Below, in pieces: positions 12,680 through 24,275 of a stretch of 64,000 nt of DNA (its first letter is position 1; each line of letters starts with the position of its first letter). The DNA is taken from assembly GCA_964234715.1 (NCBI GenBank), contig OZ174282.1. The stretch is one strand, 5' to 3'. A model generated the notes under the pieces. That model was not told the DNA's origin and searched no databases. It saw only the letters and a list, made by a program, of their open reading frames with translations. The translations under genes and the position numbers were made by a program. This DNA comes from Podarcis melisellensis (taxonomy: Eukaryota).

Positions 12680-13030
12680 GCAACATCTAATCATATTAAA
12701 CTCTAGGGTAGTAGTGATAATTAGTCCTTCATTAGATGCAAGCTCAAACATTCTGCATGCTACGACAGGGTCTCTATTTATTAAAAATAGGAACTAACGT
12801 AGCTCGGGATATAAAGAGGCTAATGGAGCATTTAAAAAAAATTCATTAACTAATTAACAAGATTGTGTTTGTTTATTTAGAGTGCATAAAATGTTTCCAT
12901 CAGGAAAGCCGCTCACTGAGGCTCTGTGGCTGCACTGACAGCCGAACATCTGCAGTTTAATTTAATGTGTTTACTAAATGAAGTGGGTAAATAAAAAGGG
13001 ATATTTAACCGCGTCTTCCATGCTTCTGGT
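12680..13030. promoter_or_regulatory. Putative conserved non-coding element
   Basis: Repeat-free and homeobox-rich: CTAATCATATTAA, GATAATTAG, CATTAACTAATTAA, TGTTTGTTTA (FOX-like), TGACAG. Confidence 0.4.
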
Positions 13031-14433
13031 CTCCACGCGTCTCCAGAGGTCAGGATTCACTCCCATCTAGATTGCCACAGCTGTCAACCAGGCATTGCAT
13101 AGAGGTTGAGAGCATCAGCTGTGAGCTGGATCTGCTCCCTGTTCGTATCTCAGTCCTGACACATTCCCATCCGGCTGGCCTTCACTTCTTCACCTCAGCC
13201 AGCCTCTTCTGATACCAGAGCTGTGATTACTGACCCACCTTACAGAGTTATTGTTTTGCAGGGCAGAAAAAGAGCAAGGTGCTGTCCAAACTTGGCAGAG
13301 GTCTGGAGCACCTTGGTGCAGAGCAAGCATGCTTGGAGGTCTTCACATTCACACCCACTCCTCTCCACCCAATAAACAAGAGGCATTATCAAAATTCAAG
13401 GACCCCACGCAGTCAGGCAGAAGCTCATGAGGCCCATGTGGAGCTGGGCTGATTAGGGGAATAGTGTATAAGAAGACATGTAGCCTAGGGAGACTCCTGA
13501 AGGCAGGATACCCAGAAAAAGAGTGTTGCATTTGGTCCTCAGGCCTGACGTTGCATATCCTTGACTTAGGGCATGGATGGGGAACCTGGGGTGCTCCAGT
13601 TCCTGAACTTATCTCCTGTTAGCCCCTGCCAGCGGGGCTGCTGGTCAGGGATGATGGGAGCTGGAGTCTGCCACCATCTGGCCCCCCACCCCTGAGTTAG
13701 GGGAAAGTGCTTCAAAAGCCCAGTCCTGTCCATACAGGCTTGCCAGATCTCAGGGTATATGAAGAAATGAGCACATGAAGCTGCTTTATCCCATGTCAAA
13801 CCATTGGTCCATCTTCAGGAGGGATGGGCCAATCTGTCAATTTCAGTTTCCTCCACTTTCTCATTCTCTCCATCCCACCCCAGTCTGAAATTCAGTTCTC
13901 TATGATATGGGCATATTGGGGGAGAAATAGGTTGTTAAAGAAACCCCAAACCAACAAACCTGATGTGGAAATGTGAGGAACTGAAGATTAGGAAAAAATG
14001 ACAACTTCTGGAGGGTACTGGGTTTGGAAAACTTGCTTCTGACTGACCAGAAGCTTACACCGAAAGACATTCAAATTGTGATAGATTGCATTGGCACCCA
14101 CAACTGTGTGTGGATGATGTAAGGGATCATCATGCCCTGGCTTCTCCCACCTGCTGCAGCAAAAGTTCATAGTTTGATGCTCTGTTTTGAGAATCCAGCA
14201 ATGCTGGCAACTCCCCCCCCCCACCTCCCCATAAAGCAGGTGTTTCACATTCACTTGAATATGATTGCAAAGCCCAGCTGAAGTTATCTTGTGTCACTGG
14301 CGGGGAGGACTGCTGTTGAGCAAAACTTGGCAAGCCTCTCCGAAACCTCTCCCAGCAGCCCTCATCTGCCTTGCCAATGCGCTGGGAGAGAGATTTGGGC
14401 TCTTGTCTCAGCCAGAGGAGTCTATGAATCAAT

Positions 14434-14434
<1 letters not shown>

Positions 14435-14479
<45 letters not shown>
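14435..14479. repeat. (CA)n microsatellite
   Basis: Perfect dinucleotide run. Confidence 0.98.
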
Positions 14480-14480
<1 letters not shown>

Positions 14481-14781
14481 AATTTCCCTCTCCTCTTTAA
14501 AGTTTGTGCTTGCCCGGCTGTGTAACAATTAGCAATAAGAGATATTTTTGCAGAAGGGGAGAGTAGCTGTGTTTGTTAAGGAAGAGAGACAAATTGTAAA
14601 CAAAGGTCTGGCAATACAAAAGCGAGGCATGTTAAGGTCATAGTGGGAGAAATGGTCTCATTCCCCAGAGATGGGGAATGAATGTATTGCATATGCCACT
14701 TAAAAAAACAAAAAGGATATTTGTATAGTTAATTATGTCATAAATAAATGAACGCTGGGAAACCATGAAGGAACAGCATTA

Positions 14782-15007
14782 CAGTGGTACCTCGGGTTAA
14801 GTACTTAATTCGTTCCAGAGGTCCGTTCTTAACCTGAAACTGTTCGTAACCTGAAGCATCACTTTAACTAATGGGGCCTCCTGCTGCCGCCGCACCGCCG
14901 GAGCAAAATTTCTGTTCTCATCCTGAAGCAAAGTTCTTAACCCGAGGTACTATTTCTGGTTTAGTGGAGTCTGTAACCTGAAGCGTATGTAACCCAAGGT
15001 ACCACTG
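14782..15007. mobile_element. Tigger-type MITE, copy 2
   Basis: TA-CAGTGGTACCTCGGGTTA...TAACCCAAGGTACCACTG-TA. Confidence 0.9.
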
Positions 15008-15393
15008 TATACAGGATCATTTCCTCTAGTGTCCCAGCTAGCAAGTGGGAGGATCCAGTCCTGCAGGGTGCTGGTTGCTGCTCCTTTGTGAGAGGCTTGC
15101 TTCCCTCGCACCCACCCCCACATTTCCTGGGGAACAGATCCAGTATGGGGTAGGTGGCCCCCAGAGGCATTACAAGCAGGGGGCCCACAGAGCAGGGCCC
15201 CATGGTGGATTAGGTGGGCTGTATACAGTCTGAAAATAAAGCCCTACCATGGGAGTAGCACAGGTTCACCATGTAATGTGTAAAAGAGCATGGTGGTAAG
15301 TTGCAGGATTTCTTCTGGGTCCCTTTCCATGCTACTCTAGTAATGGTTGGATCCCAAATGATCAGAGAGCATGAGTTGTACTAGCAATGCTGT

Positions 15394-16137
15394 CAGTGCT
15401 TGGAATTAACAAATTAATTTTAATAAAGTTCAATGAATTTGTTTAAAAATCTCTGAGCTATACTTGAAAGTAGTTCCTCAAATTGCCAAGTGACCTTGAC
15501 ATGAATTAAGTTCTTTTGGAGATAGAAGTTTGAACTCATTCTAGTTCATTCTTAGGTTCATGCTCTTACATGTGTTCTTTCTACCCTGTGGGACTTTAAG
15601 TTTATAGATCATAATTGCTAGGGAAAAGAAACCTTGTCCCTTTCCGCTGCCTGTGTGTTTTGATGTTGCTGTAATCTTCTGAAGCATCTCTTCCTCTTCG
15701 GCTAGGAATATTCTGAATGCTGTTTTTGAAACTGGCTTTTGGGGGGGGGGGCAAGCATCATTTGGGTGAACTGGAAGTGAACAGCAGACTTAATAAAAAC
15801 CAAACTACAGTGGTATCTCGGGTTACATATGCTTCAGTTTACAGACTCCGCTAAACCAGAAATAGTACCTTGGGTTAAGAACTTTGCTTCAGGATGAGAA
15901 CACGAATTGTGCTCCGGCGGTGCGGCGGCACCAGGAGGCCCCATTAGTTAAAGTGGTGCTTCAGGTTAAGAACAGTTTCAGGTTAAGAATGGACCTCCAG
16001 AACGAATTAAGTTCTTAACCCAAGGTACCACTGTAGTTCATTTTGTAAAAGGATTAATGTGAACTTGAATGACTTTTTCATCATGTTGAACGTGAACTAG
16101 AACTCATTCCTTTTTAAAAGAAACTTCCCAAGCTCTG
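15394..16137. mobile_element. Old hAT non-autonomous element (host of a nested Tigger MITE)
   Basis: Termini CAGTGCTTGG...CCAAGCTCTG; repeated GAACT/AGTTC subterminal motifs; degenerate TSD AATGCTGT / GAAGCTGC (5/8 match). Confidence 0.55.
15808..16033. mobile_element. Tigger-type MITE, copy 3
   Basis: TA-CAGTGGTATCTCGGGTTA...CAAGGTACCACTG-TA. Confidence 0.9.
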
Positions 16138-16727
16138 GAAGCTGCCCAAGGAAGCACCTCCTGAAACTCTTGGTGGCACATAGGTCTTTTCTTTTTAAAA
16201 AGTTGCTTCCTTTAAAATATAGTTCTTTTCTTAAGTGACTAAAAAGGGGGGGGGGGGTTTATCAGCCGTTCTCATTCTGATGGCAAAAGGCTGCAATCCA
16301 GACTTCTCTGTTGTTGGCATCAATCAAACATACCAGGTAGGTAGCTCACGTTATACTTTGGTTATGCATTACACATTTGCATCAATTAAGATGAATAATT
16401 TAAGTGTTTGAAGGCTAGAAGATTCCCCCCCTTCCTGCTTTAGACCCTTCATTTTTTAACTGTCAAGATCCACACACCAATCATTACTGAAGCTGTCAAG
16501 AGATGACATCAAAATCCAACACTGAGTTTCTCTGGTCCCTCTACCTGTCTGAATATTCCTTCTCAGTTTTACTTGTCTTAATTTCTTCTCAGTATTGAAA
16601 GGAATAGTTCGTGACAATGGTGAAATCTCACTGATACAATGATGGCTGCGCCAGTGTGGGCAGTCTAGAAATTGTCCATCACACACTTCACCATCACTCA
16701 GAGACATCTGCTGGTGGCTTAAGAATC

Positions 16728-17165
16728 TAAGAACATAAGAAGTGCCTGCTGGATCAGCCCAATGGCCCATCTAATGTTTTCATAGTGGCCACCCAGATGG
16801 CCCACAAGCTGTACCTAAGCACAACAGGACTCTCCTCTCCTGGGGTCTCCAACAATTGGTCTTGTTGTTGCCTCCAAGTGCAGAAGCAGACCATAACCAT
16901 CACGGCTAGTATATCCCAACAGCCCTCTCCTCCATGGGGGTGCTTATTCTTCACTGTCTCCTGTGGGAGCAAGTTCCATAGTTTAACTACACACTGCATG
17001 AGAAAGGACTTTCTTTTATCTGTCCTAAATCTTCCAACATTCATCTTCACAGGTTGTTTGTGAGTTTTAGGGTTATGAGAGAAAGAGAAAAACATTTCAC
17101 TATCTTCCCTCTCTGTGCCATGTGTGATTTTATAAACTCCTATCATGTCCCCTCTTACTCACCTT
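16728..17165 (-). mobile_element. CR1 LINE 3' fragment
   Basis: ORF 16754-17146 reads MIGVYKITHG...GRFRTDKRKSFLMQCVVKLWNLLPQE (CR1 ORF2 end); tail appears as TAAGAACATAAGAAG on the plus strand. Confidence 0.85.
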
Positions 17166-18674
17166 GTGATGCACACGTCATCATCACAGAACAAATGCCA
17201 CAGCTATGTAAAGAATAAGGCCAGGCACTTCTTGAAATGCTAGCTTTCTACAAGTGAGGAGGTTTTGCTGCACCATTCATTTTTGCAGGGCGTCCTCGGC
17301 ATTCTGAGATATACACAACAGAGGACTGAGTTCTGAGCTTGCTAAACGAGCTTCTCCTCATGTAACCTACTTGTCAAGGCAGTTGTGGCAAAAAGAAAAA
17401 GGGGCAGACCTGTGTGTGACATCCTGAGCCCCTTGAAGAAAGGGTGTGATATAAATAAGCATCTTACAAAAACAGTGGAGTCTAAGGAGAGCTATATCAT
17501 ACATTCTTTCAGAATGTGTCACCTGGACTGAAAATAGACTTGGATCTTCTCCAGACAGGGTGACAGAGACATGCACTGAGAATTATGGGATGAACAGATG
17601 ATTAACAGGACGAGATATAAACACTACGCGAGTGAATCAAGACGAAGTCAGGATGAATTGTTGTTGTACAACCTCCCCACAAACAAATCAGAATGGATAT
17701 TCCATAAAGATTAGACATAGTCTAACTTCCATGTATACTTTGTGCATGTGCATCAGGATGAATGTTCAGTAAACAGCTTTTCTGAAGGAACCCTTTGTGT
17801 TTGGTGGACCATATATGTATATCTTTGTTGGTTAACAATTGTAGGGCAAGATGCTATGTTCAGGAAGAAGGTAGAGGCCAAGAGATGCAACCTAGAGACA
17901 GTGATGACTGAGAGCCAAACATCTGGCCTAGAGGTGATGGAGGTGCAACAGCTACGACAGGGAGCAAATCAGACATAGAATCTGCAGGACTGCAGATAGC
18001 TCCCCCATGCTTACAACTTGTCCTACCAAGGCTCTGGGACAGAACAGAGTCCTCTGTGTTGGCTCAAGTGTCATCCTCTGTCTTAAGGTGCTTCAGCTTA
18101 GAATCTAGGGACAATATGTGAATTGTGAATAAGTAGCAAGATTGTTTCTTGGTTGCCTTGGGCTGACTGCTTCAGTGGCCTGAAGATGATGATATCTGGA
18201 TTCCTGCTGGACAGAAAGGAGGAGTTACAATGCAACTGACTGCTCTTCTCAGATGGGGATTCAGATTCCCCTAGAGTCTTTTAAAATTCTAAATCCCAGA
18301 GGTTCCTGTCTTGCTCAATATCCCTTCCAAATCAGAATCCGACTCAGTGGCTGAGGTCTTCATAGGTGCTACCATGAGCATCTGGGTCCTCCAAGCTCCC
18401 ATTGTACATTGTTCATGTGCATTAATTATTTCGGGGGGAGAGGTCAAAAAAGAAGGTTAAATTAAATTTATATGTTGCCCACAGAACCACATATTCTTTG
18501 AGAAGGACCATAACACATGCATTTCAGGTAGAAGGTAACAGGTTCGACACCTTACAAGCATCAGGCAGCAGGCAATGCAAAAAAAAGCTTTTGCTGAGAA
18601 CCTTAGAGAACTGCCGAGAGTAAGAGTAGACAAGTGCCACACAAGGTGAACAAACAGCCTGACCCAACAGAACA

Positions 18675-18893
18675 TGAAGGATACTGCAAAGCTGGAGAAG
18701 GTTCTGAAAAGGGCAACTAAATTGATCCAGGGGATGGAGCAACTCTGTGTGAGGGAAGGATGCAGAGCTTGCCATTTCTGGGTTTAGAGAAAAGGCAAGT
18801 AAGAGGTGAAATGATAGAAATTAATACAATTATGCATGGCATGAAGAAAGTAAGAAGTTTTGGGCCTGATCCAGCAGGCTCTTCTTAGGTTCT
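18675..18893 (+). mobile_element. CR1 fragment with internal deletion
   Basis: AAGCTGGAGAAGGTTC..AAAAGGGCAACTAAATTGATC (KLEKV.KRATKLI), jumping to the tail GATCCAGCAGGCTCTTCTTAGGTTCT. Confidence 0.7.
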
Positions 18894-19814
18894 CATGAGT
18901 CCTACTGTTCTTTTGATGCAAATATCTTAAGTTTTCTCACTTGCAAAAAAAAAAAAAAAGGAAAGGGGGGGAGGCAATATGTCTAGTGCTTTGTCCTTTG
19001 CTCTCTCTGATAATCAGATATTCTCATCAAGACAACGTGTAGCACATAGATTCTGTGCTGTCTTCAACACCCAGCAGGAACGCTGTGGTGAGAAGCTCTT
19101 GAGAAGGATTTCAGACTTGTAGTGTCGGCAGGTATTTTTAGGTCTGTCTTAGAGATATGGCAACTCTGATACATCTCTCGCTTTGCTTCTTTGTCTGGAG
19201 TCACTGTTCCAGACATGTCACCAAAATGGGGTATAATTGTGGTCTCCTCCTTCCTTTATCCACCCACCAATCTCTCTTACTTGGGGGGAAAAAGCCTCCT
19301 GCTGTGCTTCATGGGGAGCGAGAAAGAGAGAGAAAGAGAGGAAGATTTAAATCTTGCCTGGGAAAAGCAGGGAATTTTTTTATTTAAAAAAATGTACTCC
19401 TTACATTGGTTAAGAAGGAATGATTCAAGAGCATCCTACATTTAAAGAAAGAAAAGGTTTAACTATTTCTTCGTATAGTTGGCATTTCCATGCCACCTCA
19501 CCCAGATTGTAGCCTGACATGATAAGCCCTGGTGAATTCTCCACATACTGGGGTTATTATTGGTTTGTATTTTTATGTTGTGAACTGCCTTGTGATCTTT
19601 GGATGAAGGGTGGTATGCAAATTTCAACAACAACAACAACAACTCTCCTCTCTCCAATAATATTGCATTATTCCTACTAACAGTGGGTGGGGTGTGCGTG
19701 TTGTTCTCAACTGGCTTAGCCTTTGATGGCCATGGAATACAGATCATATTGAATTTTCAGTCTGAAGTTAACCACGATAACCATAATCACCCTGGCCCCA
19801 ATAATATATCTGTA

Positions 19815-20061
19815 CAGTGGTACCTCGGGTTAAGAACTTAATTCGTTCTGGAGGTCCATTCTTAACCTGAAACTGTTCTTAACCTGAGGTACCCCTTAAG
19901 CTAATGGGGCCTCCCGCTGCTGCCGTGTGATTTCTGTTCTCATCCTGAAGCAAAGTTCTTAACCTGAAGCACTATTTCTGGGTTAGGGGAGTCTGTAACC
20001 TGAAGCGTCTGTAACCTGAAGCGTCTGTAACCTGACGCGTCTGTAACCCAAGGTACCACTG
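19815..20061. mobile_element. Tigger-type MITE, copy 4 (expanded internal 16-bp unit)
   Basis: TA TSD, TIR CAGTGGTACCT; three tandem CTGTAACCTGA(A/C)GCGT units. Confidence 0.9.
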
Positions 20062-20065
20062 TAAT

Positions 20066-20113
20066 GGGTATAAACTTTGTAAGGGTATAAACTTTGTAAG
20101 GGTATAAACTTTG
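20066..20113. repeat. 17-bp tandem repeat, about 3 copies (GGGTATAAACTTTGTAA)
   Basis: Directly visible just after the MITE. Confidence 0.9.
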
Positions 20114-20149
20114 CATGGACTGCAGCTCCCATCACCCCTTACCATTAAG

Positions 20150-20445
20150 AGCAGAAGCACATTAGAAGAGCCTGCTGGATCAGGTCAGTGGCCCATCTAA
20201 CTCAATGTCCTGTTCTTTCAGCGGCCAACGAGATGCCTGTGGGAATCCTGCAAGTAGGATTTCAGCACAAGAACACTCTCCCCTCCTGGGGCTCCCAGCA
20301 ACTGACTTTCAGACACATTGCCACCTGCAACTGTGGAGACTGAGGACAGCAATCATGGCTAGCAGCAATTGATAGCCCTCTCCCTCAAATTTGTCTAATC
20401 CTCTTTTAAAGCCATGTTGGTTGGTTGGTGACCATCACTGCTTTT
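20150..20445 (-). mobile_element. CR1 3' end
   Basis: AGAAGAGCCTGCTGGATCAGGTCAGTGGCCCATCTA is the reverse CR1 tail. Confidence 0.75.
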
Positions 20446-20625
20446 CTGACAGTGAGAACTGTTCAGCAGTAGAACGGACTCCCTTCGAAAGTGGCGGGCT
20501 CTGCTTCACTGGAGGTTTTCTAAACAAAGGTTGGATGGATATTCTTTAGCTGTGGTTCCTACACTGCAGGTGGCTGAACTGAATGGCCTAAGGGAGTCCC
20601 GTCCAACTTTAAAATTCTAGGATCC
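20446..20625 (+). mobile_element. CR1 3' end (second subfamily)
   Basis: CTGACAGTGAGAACTGTTCAGCAG...CACTGGAGGTTTT...GGTTGGATGG...GAGTCCCGTCCAACT; same family as 24990-25175. Confidence 0.7.
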
Positions 20626-20653
20626 TGTGTCTAACTTAAGCATTGCCCTACAC

Positions 20654-20789
20654 CAGTGTTTCCCAACCTTGGGCCTCCAGCTGTTTTTGGACTACAACTC
20701 CCATCATCCCTAGCTAGCAAGACGAGTGGTCAGGGATGATGGGAATTGTAGTTCAAAAACAGCCGGAGGCCCAAGGTTGGGAAACACTG
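20654..20789. mobile_element. hAT MITE (palindromic, about 136 bp)
   Basis: TIR CAGTGTTTCCCAACCTTGGGCCTCC; perfect 8-bp TSD CCCTACAC at 20646-20653 and 20790-20797. Confidence 0.93.
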
Positions 20790-20899
20790 CCCTACACCAT
20801 CTCACTGCCCACCTCACTCAAATAATACCTCCGAGCCCCAGAGTGCTGCTGGGATGTATGTTCTCCCCCAACACACACAAACCAACCCCCTCGACTTCC

Positions 20900-21480
20900 C
20901 CCAATTAATAATTAGCTACCTAATCCGTGTGCCATACGATATAATAATCAAAAAGCACTGTTATCTCCACAGAACCCATACAAAACACTCCGAGGAGAGA
21001 CTTTAGAAAGAAAATATATAGAACAGATAACCTCAAACATTAATAGGAGAAAATCTGTTCAAATCAAAGCATTCTCCCCTCCCTTTTTTTTCATAATAGC
21101 CTTTTCATTCTTTATGATTTTGTCTTTGAAAGCTCCTTCAGTAGATGACAGTCGATATTGTTCTTCTTTCCTGCTAGAGACAGCAACGGGGGGAGAGGGG
21201 GAGAAGAAAGAGCATTGAACAGCTTCTCCTTGTAACATAATTTTTTATATAATTAATATATACAACTGTGCCGCACAAGGTACGTTATGGTGAAGTACAA
21301 TTAAGAGGTGTTTGTTCCTGTCCCACACAGATGATGCCTATAATTTCCCCGCCTGTTTAGAAGTCACCCATTATCATTACATTTCACATGTCTCTTTCCT
21401 GATCTTTATAAAAGGAATAATGCACCTGATTTTGTTTATTTTCCATTAAAACACCAAACAAACACACGTTTAAGGGAGTA
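20900..21480. promoter_or_regulatory. Putative conserved non-coding element
   Basis: Repeat-free; AATTAATAATTAG, CATTAATAGG, TGACAG and ATAATTAAT motifs. Confidence 0.35.
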
Positions 21481-21719
21481 AAACCGGGGGGGGGGTAGCT
21501 CTGATATTTCAATACCATCAACTTTTAATTATAATCTAACATCCTTATAATTATAATCTAACATCCACCACTAAGCTGTGCTGTCTTTGAGCACTGAGCT
21601 GGGGTGGATCCAAGTTTCTCGGCAGAGTTGTTCGTGAACGTTATTAATTTGGGGAGGTCAGGAAAGAAGGAGTGCAATTTTGTAAGCATGGGGAATCATC
21701 ACCACCCTTCAATATCTTG

Positions 21720-21980
21720 ACCACACTTGCCCTGCATTGGTAACTTCAGGGTTTGATTACTGCAATTTGAGCTGTGTGGGGCTGCCCTTGCAGAACATGG
21801 CAGCTACATTGCTTGTGGTGACAAACTACCACCAGGATAGAACTCCTTGCTTGCAGGATTTGCACCGGCTACCAAACTGATACCGGGCCAAGTTCAAGGT
21901 ATTGGTAGCTATACATGAGTCCCTATACAGCTTAGGACCAGGTTACTTGAAAGACTGCCTTCTCCTTAATATACCCAACA
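21720..21980 (+). mobile_element. L2 LINE ORF2 fragment
   Basis: Decayed LVTS.FDYCN...GLP...LH.LP...AKFKVL...LGPGYLKD (TTTGATTACTGCAAT; AAGTTCAAGGTATTG; GGACCAGGTTACTTGAAAGAC). Confidence 0.75.
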
Positions 21981-22510
21981 GGTAAACTCAGCTTGCAAAA
22001 GGGTAAAACGTTTCAAACAGAGTTTGCAAACTTCCAGTTCTAACCTGAGGCTGTAGGTAAATCCTTCATTTGGCTGTCAGTGAGTTCACTAGCTGGCCTC
22101 AGTCAAGCTCCCACATCTGCTTTATGGGAATAATAATAAACTTGACTTACCTTAGAGCCAGCACAGAGCAGAGCTACACTCAAGGAAGTTCCTGGTTTGA
22201 ATCTTGCCTCTGCTGTGAACTTAGTAGGTGGTCTTAGGCAAGTTGCTTTCTCTCTGCATCAGTTTTCCCATCTGTCGTAGGGGAGATAATAATATTAACT
22301 TACCGCAGAGCAGCAAAAGCCAATATGATGCCTTCTAAACATCACCAGACAAGCATGGCCATCACCCCTTATTTTTGGCCATGTTGGTGGGGTGGCCCAA
22401 CAACACCTAGAGAGCACAGCAGTGGCTACCCCAACTTTAAAGGAAGCAGATCATGCATGTGAAATGCATTGGATATTTGAAAACTCTAAGCAGATGCTTA
22501 ATAATAATAA

Positions 22511-22862
22511 TGTATTCAACTAAGTACTGCTCAGAGTAGACCCATTGAAATTAATGCACCTACATTAATCAAGAGCCAATGTGACGGGGTGGTTAAAGTG
22601 TCGGACAAGGACCTGGGAGACAAGGGTTCAAATCCCCACTAAGCCATTAAGTTCATTGGGTGACTTTGAACCAGCCACTGCCTCTCAGTCTAACCAACCT
22701 CACAAGGTGGTTGTGAGTATGAAACGGAGAGGGGAAAGAAAACCATGGATGCCCATTTGAGCCCTTTGAAGGGAAGGTAACATGTAAATCAAATATTCAA
22801 GAAAAATAAAATGTCCATTAATTTCAATGGGTCTACTCTGAGTAGGACTACCATTGAATACA
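22511..22862. mobile_element. Short palindromic MITE split by a SINE (family also at 44574-44689 and 51928-52046)
   Basis: Perfect 27-bp inverted repeat CTCAGAGTAGACCCATTGAAATTAATG at 22530-22556 and 22816-22842. Confidence 0.75.
22573..22810 (+). mobile_element. tRNA-derived MIR/Ther1-like SINE
   Basis: GAGCCAATGTG...TGGTTAAAGTG...GGGTTCAAATCCCC...CCTCACAAGGTGGTTGTGAG, A-rich tail. Confidence 0.8.
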
Positions 22863-22923
22863 ACCTAATAATAGTTTGTTATAAAGAAAACTGGACTAAT
22901 GTTATGTGGAGTGCTTCTGAGTA

Positions 22924-23184
22924 CAGTCATACCTCATGTTGCAGACGCTTCAGGTTACATGTTTTCGGATTACGGACCATGGAAATCCTGGAAGTACCAG
23001 AACGGGTTACTTCCAGGTTTCGCCGCTCATGCATGTGCAGAAGCACTAAATCGCACTTTGCGCATGCGCAGAAGCATCAAATCGTGCTTGCGCCTGCACA
23101 GACGTGGCGCTTTCAGGATGTGAACGCTGCGGATTGCAGACGTGCCTCCATCACGGATTACGTCCGCAACATGAGGTTCCACTG
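22924..23184. mobile_element. Second Tigger-type MITE family
   Basis: TA-CAGTCATACCTCATGTTGC...GCAACATGAGGTTCCACTG-TA; internal GCGCATGCGC repeats; CpG retained. Confidence 0.85.
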
Positions 23185-23991
23185 TACACGGAATTGGAAG
23201 GGTTTTTTTAAAAAAAGGAAACCCCAATTTTAAAATATTTTTATAAATTAAAAATGGCAATGTGAAAACTCGCTCAGGCAGGATGATACTCTGATCCTGT
23301 TGAAGCATCTTTCCTTAATTCCGTTTGTCAAAAAATAATGCTGGAAACCTTTTGCAAGAAAAATCTGATTCTCAGAAATCACATAGAAACATAATATAGT
23401 TAATATTAAATTTGAAATGCTTGCACAACCGTTTAACTTTTTACATGATGTGCTGATGTGTCCTCGACGCCAGGGATGCTTTGTTTATGATTAATGAATG
23501 ACTCGCCTTTTGAGCAATCTTTGGTTCACATTCATGCTTAACTATGAATTTGAAGAGACCATTGGGCTGTCTGGCTGGCTGGGGGTGGGTGAGGAATTAT
23601 CCTTTCTATGTTGCAAAAAGTTAATAAGTTGATGGCCAGAGTTCATAATGATAACGTAAGTGTGGGTGACAAAAAGGTCTGGAGATGTTCCAGGCCTGTT
23701 ACAACAGTTAGCAAATCCTCAAACTTTGTAAAGCCTGGAACTCAAAAAAGATGGGGATTTTTTGTTTGGTTTATTTAAAGGAAGGTCAGAGGCCATTAAA
23801 ATAGAGTTTTCCAGGAAATTGTTGCCAACATTTTCAGCCTGGGCCTGGATAACACTCTGCCATCCAGAGAACTACCACTGATATTTGTAAAGGAGGTTAG
23901 AGTTCACACTGAGAAACTCTTTGCAACTGCCTGCAGGGAAGTAGCTAGAAATTTTGAAGTGCAGGAGCATATTGTTACAGCCCAAGAGAAG

Positions 23992-24270
23992 AGCCATAGC
24001 TCAGTGATAGAGCATCTGTCCATAGCTGCCAACATTTCTCCGATGAAAATAGGGATGTCCTAAGGAAAAGTGGAACATTCCGGGATCAAATCAGAAACCG
24101 GGACAGCGTCTCTAAATCAGGGATGTCCCTGGAAAATAGGGACACTTGGAGGGTCTGTCTGTCTTGCATGCAGAAGGACCCAGATTCAATCCCTGGTACC
24201 TTCAAGAGGAGCTGGGTCTGGGAAAGACCCCTGCCTGACACCTAGAGAGCCACTGTCACTCAGGCTAGAC
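23992..24270 (+). mobile_element. tRNA(Ala/Cys)-headed SINE interrupted by a hAT MITE
   Basis: AGCTCAGTGATAGAGCATCTG[insert]CTTGCATGCAGAAGGACCCAGATTCAATCCCTGG; an uninterrupted relative is at 39299-39478. Confidence 0.75.
24021..24157. mobile_element. hAT Blackjack-type MITE
   Basis: Termini CATAGCTGCCAA...TTGGAGGGTCTG, repeated AGGGA(C/T) motifs, flanking TCTGTC duplication; an inverted copy is at 45489-45619. Confidence 0.8.
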
Positions 24271-24275
24271 AAATT

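Noticed and set aside
19993-20113. CRISPR-like direct repeats
   Set aside because: The 16-bp and 17-bp units are contiguous with no spacers, and the DNA is vertebrate; these are simple tandem duplications.
21526-21566. Duplicated TAATTATAATCTAACATCC as a TSD or regulatory repeat
   Set aside because: It is a simple 22-bp-period slippage duplication with nothing inserted between the copies.
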